Source: Octopus bimaculoides (lineage: Eukaryota). Taken from it: a stretch of DNA of 64,000 nt. The notes beneath the pieces were generated by a model, which saw only the letters and a list, made by a program, of their open reading frames with translations, made no database searches and was not told where the DNA came from. Below, in pieces: positions 12,105-24,587 of this stretch. The stretch spans positions 33,913,279 to 33,977,278 of the forward strand of contig NC_068995.1 in NCBI RefSeq assembly GCF_001194135.2, written 5' to 3'. Positions within the stretch are counted from its first letter, which is position 1. Every line of letters starts with the position of its first letter. Both the position numbers and the translations under genes were made by a program.

Positions 12105-12475
12105 AAAATCTTAGGTAGACCCAGGAAGACATGGGGTGAGATGGTGAAGCATGATCTTTGGATGTTGAGTCTCATGGAGGTGATGAGAAGTGATCAAAAG
12201 CTTTGGTAATTTGCTGTGCTTGAGAAGACTCATCAAGCCCAATGAAATTGTAGTTGTGGCCAGTGCTGGTGACACATAAAAGGCACCTGTGCTGGTGACA
12301 TGTAAAAGGTACCTACTACACTCTTGGAGTGGTCGGCATTAGGGAGGGCATCTAACTGTAGAAATCAAGCTAAAACCAATTGGAGCCTGGTGCAGCTTAC
12401 CAGTTCCAGTCAAACTGTCTTACTCATGCTAGCATGGAAAACAGATGTTAAATGATGATGATGATGGTGGTGGTA
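12105..12475 (+). mobile_element. Old RTE 3'-end copy
   Basis: GRPRKTW remnant, 3'UTR, catgctagcatgg and (GAT)n tail. Confidence 0.82.
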
Positions 12476-13227
12476 GTAAAGCAAAATGTGTAGCTCCTAC
12501 TAGCTTTAATGTATACCCACTGCTCTTGTGCAAAATCAGCTATTGCTGAAGGTAGGATATGGAAAGTTAGCTCAAATTTTCCTTTCATAAGGAAGTGCAA
12601 GATTTGAATGGTATTATTTCTTGAGGTCACACTGGAGATAGATTTAATGCATATAAGTTCAGGTATATAATCAAAGAGTGTTTTCAGTTAGTTACATGTT
12701 AACATTCTTTAACTGGTTGGCTACTAGTTACTTGATCATCAACATTTTACATCTGTTTATCTATGCTGCTACAGGTTGGATGTTTTTTTTTTTGTGGGGG
12801 CAATCTTTTATGGTTGAATGTCTTTCCTGTCACCATTTCTTTTAACCTTCCTTAATGACATGCAAGGATACCATATATTTAATCTAAGACTGGAATAATA
12901 TGGTAAATTAAGTATTGTATGAGGTACTCAGTGAAAGTGGCAGATTATTTTACAATGATGGATGTAGAGGCTTCTTCATTATAAAAATTAAGAACACTTA
13001 GGAAGAATATTGGTTTCAGGTTTAGGAATATTGGTTTCAAATTTTAGCACAATGCCAGCAGTTTTGGGAGATTAAATTGACCTCAGTGCTCAACTGGTAC
13101 TTATTTTCTTGACCCCAAAAGGATGAAAGGCAAAGTCAACCTCGGCAGAATTTGAAATCAGATGGATGATATGCCACTAGGCATCTTGTTAATGATTCTG
13201 CTAGTTTGCTGTCTTACATTTAGGAAG

Positions 13228-13572
13228 ACTATTAAAGGGTAAAGACCTCCTTCGGTCATGAACGATCATGGGATTGCACCTAGAAAGTTCCCCTCCGAAG
13301 CACAAGTCTGGGCAAGGTTATTTATGGAAGATCAGCAGTTGCCCATGCATACCAGTCTCCCTCTCCATACCACCAAAGTTATCCAAGGGAAAGGTAAAGG
13401 CTGATACAGCTTGACACCAGTGACATTGCGACTCATTTCTACAGCTGAATGAACTGGAACAACATGAAATAAAGTGTCTTGCTCAAGAACATAACACAAA
13501 GGCCAGTCCAGAAATCGAATTTACTACCTCATGATTGTGAGCCTGATGCTCTAACCACTGAACCATGCGTTT
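13228..13572 (-). mobile_element. tRNA-headed SINE, second family (V-domain-like core)
   Basis: Minus strand begins gcatggttcagtggttagagcatc...aaattcgatt (A/B boxes), then ttcttgagcaagacactttatttc. The superfamily assignment is tentative. Confidence 0.65.
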
Positions 13573-13684
13573 TCAGGAAGAATATTAAAAAAAAAAAATG
13601 GTTTAGTGAGAGTATTAAATTTTCTTAAAAAATAAACATGACCATGTCAATGTATTTTAGAAACTGCAACAAAATTTTACTAAC

Positions 13685-13738
13685 CTGAGCATTATTGACA
13701 TCCATTTGAATAACTTGTAAAGGAGTTTTCTTAAACAT
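13685..13738 (-). CDS. CNOT11: CNOT11 coding exon 5 (MFKKTPLQVIQMDVNNAQ)
   Basis: cttacag| acceptor and |gttagt donor, 54 nt, phase 0/0. Matches LFKKTPRQIALMDVGNMGQ. Confidence 0.9.
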
Positions 13739-13844
13739 CTGTAAGAGACATTTAAATAGATATTCTTCTGGAAACAATATTTAACAAAATAAAAAGAACA
13801 CAAAAACATAAATGCAAATATTAAAATTTGCTTCTTCAAACCTT

Positions 13845-14290
13845 CATCATAATCATTTAACATGTTATCTATGCTGGCATGGGTTAGATGGTTTTGACAA
13901 GCACCATGTCTGTTTTGGTATGGTTTCTACAGCTGGATGCTCTTCCTAATGCCAACCACTTTAGAGTGTGGGTGTCTTTTACACAGCACCAGCACAGGTG
14001 CTTTTACATGGCATTGGCACAGGTGTTTTTTACATGGCACCAGCACCTACAAGACTGCAAGATTGGGAACACTCAGCTGAAGAGGGACGCAGGAGACATG
14101 CCTGTATGCAAGGACAACTTTAATTTTACTTAGCTTGACGTGTCTTCTCAAGCACAGCAAACAGTCAGGAATTTCGGTCCCTTGTCATCCCTTCTTTGTG
14201 GCCTAATGTCTGAAGATCCTTTCTCACCACTTTGTCCCATGTCTTCCTGGGTCTACCTCTTCCACTTGTTCCCTCCACAATTAGAGATAG
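13845..14290 (-). mobile_element. Old RTE 3'-end copy
   Basis: Reverse-strand tail, ctacagctggatgctcttcctaatgccaacc core and catgtcttcctgggtctacctcttcc (GRGRPRKTW). Confidence 0.82.
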
Positions 14291-15355
14291 GGCACCTCAT
14301 TTATGCATATTGAATTTCTAGTAAAATTTTGAAATTTATAAGCAAGTGACTTATTAGTTGCTTGCAACTGAGCTGTTGGTATTTCATTTGTGCATCCCAT
14401 AGAGCAGCAGAGTATATTACATCTGTTATCTATTACTGTTGGGCTTCTTGCTCATAAATAAACTCAAACCTAATTTCAGCCACCATGGGCTCTAGGAAAG
14501 ATACTAACCTCAGACTGTTTGGTTGGCAATAGGGTACATGGCTAAGCAGTTTGTGGTAGAAAAGGCATCCAGCTTTAAGAACTTTTGCTCTAATAATTAG
14601 CAAATATCTAAATTTGTAATCTATTCTCTGGTCTTAGTATAAAAAAATACATACTAAACTGAGAAAATAATAATGTTGTTAATAATAATAATAATCATCC
14701 TTTAACATCCATTTTCCATGCTGGCATGGGTTGGACAGTTTAACCCAGAGTTAGCAAGCTGGGAAACTGCACCAGGTCCCAGTCTGATTTGGCTTGGTTT
14801 CTACAGCTGGATCCCTTCCTAACACTAAACACTTTACAGTGTGTGCTGCTGCTGTGGATTTCAGGGTTTATGACTACAAGACCGCTATAGTGTGTGCAAC
14901 AACAACAAAACCCATCACCTTTACTTCTATATTTTTGAAGGAAGATACATTAAACTGTTTACTGAAACAGATATGGTTGTTGTTTAATTGCCAACTAAAT
15001 AAATGCACACACAGTTAATTATTCACTTCTTCGCATCTCAATAGAGAATTGATAAAATTACTTAAAATAATACAGTTAATAATTAATTTCTAATGTACAA
15101 GTTTATTTGTTTTAAAGTCTGTAAAACATAGCAATAGTGAAAAAATAATGATTTTATATATTGCCATAAAACTACAAATTATAGCTGAGTGGTAGAGATG
15201 AGTGAACTGATGCCAGTATGCATATTGGATATGGTTATGCTGAATGAAAGCATGACCATAAGAACTAGTGGAATTATGGTTTATTGTTCTCTTGTCCAAT
15301 GTAAGAACACAATCATTGCTGTGACAACAAGTAACATAAATAAATGATATTTTAC

Positions 15356-15472
15356 CTCTTTAACAGGGCTGCTTATGAGCTGGCAAAGGAAATATCGTTC
15401 TGAAGCAGAAATTGGAGAGATTGCCCAATGAAGATCATTTTGTCCAACATCTTGGTTTTCAGGTGTTGCTTT
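15356..15472 (-). CDS. CNOT11: CNOT11 coding exon 4 (KATPENQDVGQNDLHWAISPISASERYFLCQLISSPVKE)
   Basis: ctccag| acceptor and |gtaaaa donor, 117 nt, phase 0/0. Resembles [20 protein letters not shown]. Confidence 0.9.
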
Positions 15473-15659
15473 CTGGAGAGAATATAAGAGCATAGTATGA
15501 TCATTATCAAGTACTGGCTATATTCCATGCTGGCATGGGTTGGACCATTATCATTAAGTTAAATATGTATTTAGAAACACAAATGCATAAACTAAATGAA
15601 AGCTAACAAAGAACTATTATTGCACTAGAAAAAAAATTGAAAAAAAAAAATTACTTTAC

Positions 15660-15794
15660 CAGAAGATGGACAAATACTGGTGCAAAAGGATTATTAGCTG
15701 CTGGCTCATTTCTGTACATTTCATATAAAAGAAATATTGCAGCTAGTTTCTGTGTGGGGTTTGGAAGTAGGTCTCTGTTTTGTAGGAGCAACAC
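15660..15794 (-). CDS. CNOT11: CNOT11 coding exon 3 ([45 protein letters not shown])
   Basis: ttttcag| acceptor and |gtaaag donor, 135 nt. Matches CNOT11 LLQQPDLLP...LYLLWEMYRTEPLAANPFA. Confidence 0.95.
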
Positions 15795-17272
15795 CTGAAA
15801 ATAAAATTTGTTCACATAATGAGAAGTTCTGATGCTCAACCCTAAAACAAATAAAAACAGAATGATAATTTTTAGAACCATTTTAAATGAATATTTTTCT
15901 TATTAATAATTTTTTAATTCCAGAAAATTGCCTACAGATAATTCCATTCTCTAATATAATTGAAATATCTTTTCAAATCTGTGTATATATACAAGATGAC
16001 AGGCAGTAAATAAGCAAGAAATATTTATCTTTTATCTTTTGCTTGTTTCAGTTATTTGACTGACTGTGGTGATGCTGAAGCATCATTTTGAAGGGTTTTT
16101 AATCAAACAAATCAACCCCAGGGCCTTTTTTCAAAAGCCTAGAACTTATTCTATTGGTCTCTTTTGCCGAACCGATAAGTTATGGAGACATAAACACACC
16201 AACACTGTTTGTCAAGCGGTGATGGGGGAACAAACACAGATATATATATATATACAAAGGGCTTCCTTCAGTTTCTGCCTACCAAATCCACTGACAAGGC
16301 TTTGGTCGGCCCAAGGCTGTAGTAGAAGTCACTTGCCCAAGGTGCCATGCAGTGGGACTGAACCTAGAACCATATGGTTGAGAAGCAAGTTTCTTACCAC
16401 ACAGCCACCAGTATATTGTATCTAGTTAATTTACAAATTAGATGTTGTGCACCAGATATTGGATCTCCAAGCAATATCTGTACAAACAGATATTGCTAGA
16501 TCTTAAATCTACTGGAGTAGAAAGAACAATATTTTTTTAAAGTTCTGGCTAATGAACAATGAGCTCAGATCTCACTTATAAGAATAACACTTAGCTATGT
16601 TTGCTTAAGTATTCAAATATAATTAAGATATCATTTCTCCTATTATCATTAGGTGTGTTATTTATCAAAATGAATTTTAATTTCATAGAAAGAAATGAGT
16701 TACTTCTTTGTTAAGTAGAAGATACAAGTAAATTTCCCACTATGCAACTCTGTAGATCACATACTGGTTATGTTTCCTATCTTATGTGAAGCAGTTAAAG
16801 TTGGAAAATTTTAGAAGTGGACTGGGAACTCATGTTGTAGCCTTGTGTCATCTGATACAACATATAACTACAAACAACTGAAAATTTCTACTGGATTATA
16901 AAACTAGAACACTGGCTGTGACAGTTTTCTCTTAGACTATATTCTATATTTAATCATTCAGTGTTTGTTGTTGTAGATGTTGTGTTCCTCAGGTCAGCTC
17001 AGTCTAAACATTTTTAAGATAAAAGCATTCTACCTGTGACTATCTCATCATCTTTGAAAATAACAGAGGGGAAATTTAGCTGTTGGCTGCTATTTCTAGC
17101 AGGGTGTTGAGTGCAGTATCACAGCTCGGCTGCTCCATTCACTTTGAGATTTAGGTGGCTGCACAGAAATAGATACGGTAGACAAAGTTATATGTGTAAA
17201 TCTGTGTGTAGGTTTTCTTTTAAATCATTTTGTCTGTGTGATGTGTGTGTTAGTGCCCTGAAATTGTGTACA

Positions 17273-18092
17273 TGCAGGTATGGCTGTGTGGTAAGAAGTT
17301 TGCTTCCCAACCATTTGGTTATGGGTTCAGTATCAATGCATAGCATCTTGGACAAGTGTGCTCTATAGCCTCAGGCCAACCAAAGCCTTGTGAGTGAATT
17401 TGGTAGATAGAAACTGAAAGATAACCATTGTGTATGTGTGTATACACACATAGGAGTGGCTGTGTGGCAAGTAGCTTGCTTACCAACGACATGGTTCCGG
17501 GTTCAATCCCACTGCGTGGCACCTTGGGCAAGTGTCTTCTACTATAGCCTCGGGCCAACCAAAGCCTTGTGAGTGGATTTGGTAGACGGAAACTGAAAGA
17601 AGCCCGTCGTATATATGTATTATATATATATATGTATGTGTGTCTGTGTTTGTCCCCCAACATCGCTTGGCAACTGATGCTGGTGTGTTTACGTCCCTGT
17701 AACTTAGCGGTTCAGCAAAAGAGACCGATAAAATAAGTACTAGGCTTACAAAGAATAAGTCCTGGGGTCGATTTGCTCGACTAAAGACGGTGCTCCAAGC
17801 ATGGCCACAGTCAAATGACTGAAACAAGTAAAAGAGTAAAAGAGAGTAAAGAGTATATATATATATATATATATAGGTATGTGTCTTTGTGTCTGTATTT
17901 GTCCACTACCACTTGATAACCAGTGTTGGTATCTTTACATCTCTGTAAATTAGTGGTTCGGCAAAGAGAGCAATAGAATAAGTACCAGGCTTAAAAAAGT
18001 ACTGGGGTCGATTCATTCGATTAACAATTCTTCAAGGTGGTGCCCAGCATGGCCACAGTCTAATGACTGAAACAAGTAAAAGATAAAAGATT
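17273..18092 (+). mobile_element. Two nested copies of a bipartite tRNA-headed SINE with a central microsatellite
   Basis: Order: head A (17273-17450), complete copy B (~17450-17853), tail A (17877-18092). The head has A-box tggctgtgtggtaa and B-box gggttcaatccc. Confidence 0.85.
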
Positions 18093-18808
18093 ACTGTAGT
18101 ACTGAGATTAAATCAATAGAGGGAACAACTGGAAAAATCTACTGATTTTGAATGGCGTTGGTAATGTGAGCAAGGTCTAGCTATTTACAAATGGCGACCC
18201 ATATAATTACAGTAATTGTATGAGTTTGAAAAGATTAAATGTAGGAATCCTGTCCCTCCAGATCATCTCTGAACTTTAATTTCATTGAGAAGATTGTACA
18301 TTTGTTTTAGACTGTTTGCAATTTATTGTAACCTGCAACAGAACAATTCTGAGGTAAGAGTAGCAGAGTACATGATAGTAATGATGTAGTGTTTTGCAAG
18401 TGAGTGTTTATGGAGCATCTCTTTTAGCTTTAGTTACACGAGAAGACCCACCCACCACAACTGAATTGAGATCCTAAAACCAAGGTGTTATGTAAAGAGC
18501 ATTGGTGTAGGTGCTGGTGTCACATTAAAAGCACAGGTATTGGTGCCATGTAAAAAGCACTGGTGATGGTGCCACATAAAAAGCACCCAGTACACTCTAT
18601 AAAGTGGTTGGTGTTAGAAAGGGCATCCAGCTGTAGAAACCGAGCCATAATAAATTATGGAACCTGGTGTGACCCCTGACCATGCCAGTTCCTGTCTAGC
18701 TGTCCAACTCATGACAGCATGGAAAAATCGACATTTATGAACTGAATTAACTTCTACCATTTGTGCTTATTTGTAATTCCAGAAATTTTTTTTGCAATAT
18801 TTACTTAC

Positions 18809-18914
18809 CAAGGCCATTCCAACTTTGAAGTGATCAGCTTTTTGAAAATAATGATGAAATGTTGAAGCTAAATTATCAAATGTCTGTGACTTGGTAGAGT
18901 CTTCTGATAAAACA
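18809..18914 (-). CDS. CNOT11: CNOT11 coding exon 2 (VLSEDSTKSQTFDNLASTFHHYFQKADHFKVGMAL)
   Basis: ttttag| acceptor and |gtaagt donor, 106 nt. Matches the CNOT11 motif [25 protein letters not shown]. Confidence 0.93.
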
Positions 18915-20742
18915 CTAAAATGAAAATAGATGAAGGAATAAAAATTTTTTTAATATATATTTAAAATACAGTTTACTTGGAATCTAATAGCAATTTGCTG
19001 CAAATGTTTGTTTAATTCTTTCAAAACCAACCAGCTTGAGATTACTTCTGTTCCTTGATATAATATCTCTCATTTTAAAGTGTTTGTAATTTATTCAGAA
19101 GCTGCTGTTACAATTTTCTGTAATAACTTTTTATGTAGATATATTCCATATACCAGCTTAATAATGGGAAAGTTAGTAGTTTAAATTAAAGCTCTCCAAA
19201 TAATTATTTTCAAAGTTAATTAAACCAGAAAAAACTGTAGTTTATACGATCACAAAAAGGCTAAAAGACAAAATATAAATTGGAGCAAAGTGAATCATAA
19301 GATTTCCCCACAAATAGTCATTGTTTCAAAGTAAAATAGTCAGAAGTCTGTAAGCATTAAAACAAATATTTATAAACAGCTAGCACTGCATTTATATGTA
19401 CATGCTGGCATAATCAGCAATGTGTACAATAAATTTAGGCTATTAGTCATTCTGATGGTAACAAAGGGATTCTCACTTTGTATAAAGAGATTACATGATA
19501 CACCCACAAAAGTGTGATATTCTATATACTGTGTATAATTTTGATACTATTTACCACAAATATGGTTTGGTATATTTCAGCAAATGTGATCAATAGGTGG
19601 TTTAAAGACTTATCTTTATTCTGATCCACCACAAAAACTTGTGGACATATAACATAGATTAATGTCACATTGAAGTTTTTATTTCTTCATCTTCATCCAA
19701 ATATTTTCAGAAGCAGAATTGGTAGAGTGCCAGACAAAATGCTTTTTAATATTTAAACACTACCCTTAATATTCTGAGTTCAAATTTTGCCAAATCTTCT
19801 TTGTGCTTCATCTTTCTAGTGTCAGTAAAGTACTGCTCTACCTAAAAATGTGACCTTGTGCCGATGCTGCAAATCATAAACTGAGTTGTGTGCGCATACT
19901 AGCTTTAAAATGTTTAAAAATTGCTCCTTATTAAAAAAATGCTGCATTCATGGAATTATTACTGCTAATTTTTGGAAGAGAGGGAACATAATAGACTGTC
20001 ATTTACTTAAGCCTGGTAGGCTCATCATAGAAGTTTCTGCTACATTTTGCTTTGCTTATTTCTTTAATGTAAATTTAACTCAATTAACTTAGAGTTAACC
20101 TCATATGTTTATATAAAGATGCATTTGTGAATAACAGTTTCATAGAAAAATCCAATAAATTAATCACTAGTTTACTATAATTGAATTGGAGCAAGCAACA
20201 GGTGTTTAACTCTTTTGCATGTAAACCAGCCATATCTGGCCAATATTCTGTTTTATAATCAAACCAGACAAATCCAACCTCTCACACCTACTCTACAATG
20301 TCATTCTAAAAATAAACAAGCACATCACTAAAATCTCAAAACTACAAAATAATGTATAAGTCAAACCAATTTGAATAAACAAGCATTATGTTTGACAGAG
20401 TAATCTGAATACTAAAGGGTTACACATTTGTTTCTAGAAAGCTTGGCTAACTCTGTCTGAGATCTTTCTCAGTGAAGCATTCAAAGATTGTGGAGCTTCT
20501 GTTTGATTGCAGCAAGTTTTTATACAGAGTGCAGGTCTTGACTCCAGGCAAAGAGTGGACATATGCAAGCAGGAGGCTGCTGAACCTTGTACAAAATAGT
20601 TCCCTACAGAAGTGGCAACACAGTTAGGATATCTAATTTTGAAAAGCATTGTTGTTGCATACTTTCTCTGCTGATGGATAATATTTAACAGATTGAGCTT
20701 CCTGAACTATTATAATCCCAACACCTTTTTTCTTCAAGTTAA

Positions 20743-23161
20743 CCCTCCGCTGGTGTGGTTCTGTATTTTTCATGGTTAGTGCAGTGGGGTATGAAAAACC
20801 CCACCCATTGTTTTAGCTGTTTTTAGTACTTTTTATTACTTTATATGTGTTCTTAAGCAATAATATTACCAAAAAACATATTGATATAATGTATTTATTT
20901 AACATGTAAACAAAAATAAACAAGTACTCTTTGAAAATGAAGGTCAAACAAAATAAAACTACTTTTTGGTGGGGAGAGTGCTCCTTTCATATTTACTGTT
21001 TATTCATTGTTTGCACTATCATCCTCATTATTCTGAGTAAAGCAGTCAATGTAAATGTGCATAACATGTTCCAAGCAGATGGGCCTATAACACTTCTGAC
21101 AACAATTTCTTGTCTTATGATCTTTTGACCTGGGGCACAACGAGCATCTTTGTATGGAATCTTCAGGATGACGTTTTGGAGGTAATTCCTTAGATGCTGA
21201 GAAATGTTGAATCTTCCTTTCCAAGTCTTTCCTCAAATACGAGTTTGTCTTGCGATGATGGATATGGTCCTCCACCAACTTGAGTCCCAATTCTCTCAGA
21301 AACTTCCAGCGCCTGATAGCTGTTTGAGAGTTTGTCATGAATATATTGTATGCATTTATTCCTGCAACATTGAGTATGGTGTAGAAAACTGTAACTGGCT
21401 AACATCAAGTATATCTGGAAACATTGTAGATGGAACACAACTGATCCACAGTGTCTACCCCTCCTTTAGTACTGTTGTAGAAGGTAATAATCTCTGGTTT
21501 TCTCTTTCTTTTGTACTTTCATCAATTGCAGCATCATGATGCATTGTGCTCAGTAGGACAACATTTTTACCTTTCTGGGGAACACATGAGATTAGTGTAA
21601 CATCCTTCTGGAAACCAAACAAGCTTGTGTATTCAATTCTGCCTCTTGTGGCAACAAACTGAGGAGGGAGTTCTATCTTGTTCTTTCTCAGAGTGCCAAC
21701 TAATGTTAATCTATAATTCTTCAAGAGATCAACTCAAGTCTGTAACTTGTAAACCAATTATCCATTGTAATATTTCTTCCAGACCCATTTATGAGACACC
21801 ATATGTTTTACCACTGCTGCTCCTGAATTATCTACTATAGCTGAGCTTTCTGCTTGTCTCCCCAAGTAGACCTCCATACGTGACAGATAAAAAGTTTTAG
21901 CATCTGCCAAAATAAATATTTTTATGCCATATTTTACTGGTTTACATGGCATGTAGATCCTGAATAGACAGTGCCCTCTAAAGGCAGCCAACATTTCATC
22001 CTCTGAGACATTATAATTGGAGATACAATTATCAACAAATTTCTCAAAGAACTTTCTAAAAGGTGCAAACTTATCTTCTAGCCTCTTTTCAGCCTCATAG
22101 ACCCCCAGCAAGAAATGAAATCGCCGCAAAGACACAGTTGCCAGAAAAATTTCAATTCCTGTACCATCAGTTGCCCAAACAACTTCCATATTTATTCAGT
22201 TAGCTCTAAAAACTCCTAACAAATAAAGCAGTCTTATTGTAGCTTTCATCTCCCTTTCATTAATATGTCTGTCTTTTGACTTATCTTTATATTTTCTTTG
22301 TTTACTGTCAATGTAGATATTAGTGCAAGCTACTAATTCATTCAGAAATTCTTGCGTGAGAAACGAAAACCAGCAGTCCTTTGCGGCATACACAGGTTTT
22401 GCTGCTTCTCTTGGTCCTGGTGAATCCCAGTATATGTTGTGTGCACGTGTATGCCAGGGAAGACATGGGGAAACTTCTTTCCAGAGAATTTTATATTTTT
22501 GTCATTAAACTGTTTTTCTGTGTTCCTGGTAGCCTTCTGTTCATCATTAGCTTCATTTGTTTCTTCTAAAAGATCATCTGGTGAAGTCTGCAACATGCCA
22601 CCTGCTTCAGTTGCTCCCTCTTCTCTGTCATTTCTTCTTCAGCTATGCTCGATCTCTTTTTCCTCTTCAGACTTCTCTTCATCTGGTTCTCCATCAAGAA
22701 ATTATCCTAATTCTTCTATGTCTAATTCTCTCTCAATTTTTCCATTTGTATTTCATAGTCCATTGTGAATTTGAAAGGAAAGAAGATTTCGCACTTTTAT
22801 GGCATTCAAAACCATCTAATAACAAAAAAAGAATGTTGGTTAGTTGACAATAATATATAATTTTATGCGAGAAATAATCAGCCTTTCAGATATAAAAATA
22901 AATAAAATAAACAATAATAAAGAAAAGGAAACAAAAATGTATCTGTCAACAAATAGTACAGTGGATGGTATGGTGGGGTATGCTCAACCCCAGACACAAT
23001 ACGTGTGTACACTTCTCATCATTTAGTAAGTAGTGCATTAACTCAGTGGAGTGTGCCAAGAAATTACATGGATGGATAGCATTATCACTGCTGCCAGATG
23101 TAAGATACACATATGCAAACATCACCTGGGGTATGAGATACCCCACTGCACCACCGGAGGG
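20743..23161 (-). mobile_element. Full-length decayed piggyBac transposon (2419 bp) in CNOT11 intron 1
   Basis: TTAA at 20739-20742 and 23162-23165, with 13-bp TIRs CCCTCCG(C/G)TGGTG. Frameshifted transposase pieces retain SEDEML...PCKPVKYGIK, GRNITMDNWFTS, LVGTLRKNK, YNSTKGGVDTVDQLC and a C-terminal Cys-rich domain (CSLC...CCQKC...CLEH). Confidence 0.95.
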
Positions 23162-24135
23162 TTAAAGATAATAAACAGGTTTATCTTATAGTTAGTACTT
23201 GTTTTACGGCAGCTTTACACATCACTCCAGATTGCAGATAGAGTGAGATGTCTTTGGTCACACAAGGTCACTATTAATATCTTTAAAATGTATATTATAC
23301 ATTTGAATGCTTGCACGAGTATGCATGTCTAAGCGCATTTACGGAGCAGTAGTACAACAGCTAGTACAGCCTTTTCTCCGATGGACACAGTGATAACTAG
23401 ATCTGTACATGGAATTATTGAAAGCCTGGCTTGAGTAAGTTGGGTAGAGAGGGAACCAGAAGTGAGGAAGGCCTCATCTGCCATTCTGTGTTAGAAGTTA
23501 TAGTGAGAACAGAATTAAAGGACAAAAGCAGAAGTGTGTGAGACATAGCAGGAGTTGACACACACTGCGATAGAAGGAGTCGGGCAGAAGCTCATCAGCT
23601 AGCGGCTTTATTAAAAATAAAGGACAATTGTACAAGAGACGAATCAACAAGGAAGGCGCTACATGGTCGTTGGCTTACTAGAAATAACACCCAAATATTC
23701 TTTAAATTACACCCTACCATCTTGCAAAAGAAGATATTGAATATATCATTAGAAACATGATACTTGTAAATAAAAAAACGAGCTGGTTCTGCTTGGAACG
23801 CTTTCGATTATAAGATATTGAATCAGGGAGCTAAACAATATGCAACTTTGAAAGGAAATTGTATATCTTGATAAGAAACCAATATAAATCATTATAAACT
23901 ATTCTGTTACATGATATAAGAAATAAAGTATAAAAAAACTAAATTTCTGCTGTCGAAATAGAACACTTTCATATTGATTAAACACGTGCCTGTAGAGACA
24001 AATGTTAAAAATATTGAAATATTCACTTCTACAGAATACATCAAATCATCCGTGCTGAATTTTAAATAAATTAAAGGATAAAAATAATATTTTATTTACA
24101 ACAATTATTTTTCAAAAAATGTGTATCAAAAATAC

Positions 24136-24173
24136 CTTAACAACGAAGCTAAATCATTCAAGGATAGCGCCAT
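24136..24173 (-). CDS. CNOT11: CNOT11 coding exon 1 (MALSLNDLASLL + AG)
   Basis: Minus strand reads gacaacATGGCGCTATCCTTGAATGATTTAGCTTCGTTGTTAAG|gtattt. It resembles the CNOT11 N-terminus as I recall it (MSLTPKELSSLLS), and its phase-2 end joins exon 2 in frame. Confidence 0.85.
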
Positions 24174-24485
24174 GTTGTCATTTAGAATTTCAATACCGCA
24201 CAAAATCAGAGAAATTGTTTATAGAAACTCAGAATTCGAAATAAAAATTTGAAAAGCACAGCAAAAAAAAAAATATATTATTTTATATGTGAATAATATA
24301 AATTATATGGAATATAACTGAAACAATTTTATTTCAAATCAACTTATGAGAAATATTCATTTCTACTTTAATTCTACAGTTACTGTCTATTAGCTGATTA
24401 AAGAGTTCAAATCTGAGTTCAAATTCCGCCGAGGCTCGACTTTACCTTTCATCCTTTCGAGGTCAATAAAATAAGTTGCAGTTGA

Positions 24486-24587
24486 GGGGAAGGTAAAGAA
24501 TATGCACACTACCCATTTTCGGTGTTTAGGGTTAGGATCAGGGTTACGCCGAAAACGGGAAGCGTGCGTATTCTTTACCTCTGCCCC
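24486..24587. mobile_element. ~102-bp fold-back MITE with TTAGGG-like loop, nested in a SINE
   Basis: ~40-bp inverted arms (24486-24525 and 24546-24587), loop TTAGGGTTAGGATCAGGGTT, and a duplicated host sequence (c)agttga on both sides. Confidence 0.75.

Noticed and set aside
12448-12630. Minus-strand ORF with plausible splice sites in a CNOT11 intron
   Set aside because: No CNOT11 similarity, and exons 5 and 6 already join in frame and match the expected protein.
17449-17525. tRNA-like A and B boxes (also at 13500-13572 and 55636)
   Set aside because: These are SINE heads: no full cloverleaf, and they continue directly into SINE core sequence.
23199-23632. Possible solo LTR (TGT...ACA with AATAAA near the end)
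   Set aside because: No matching target-site duplication and no second copy in the window.
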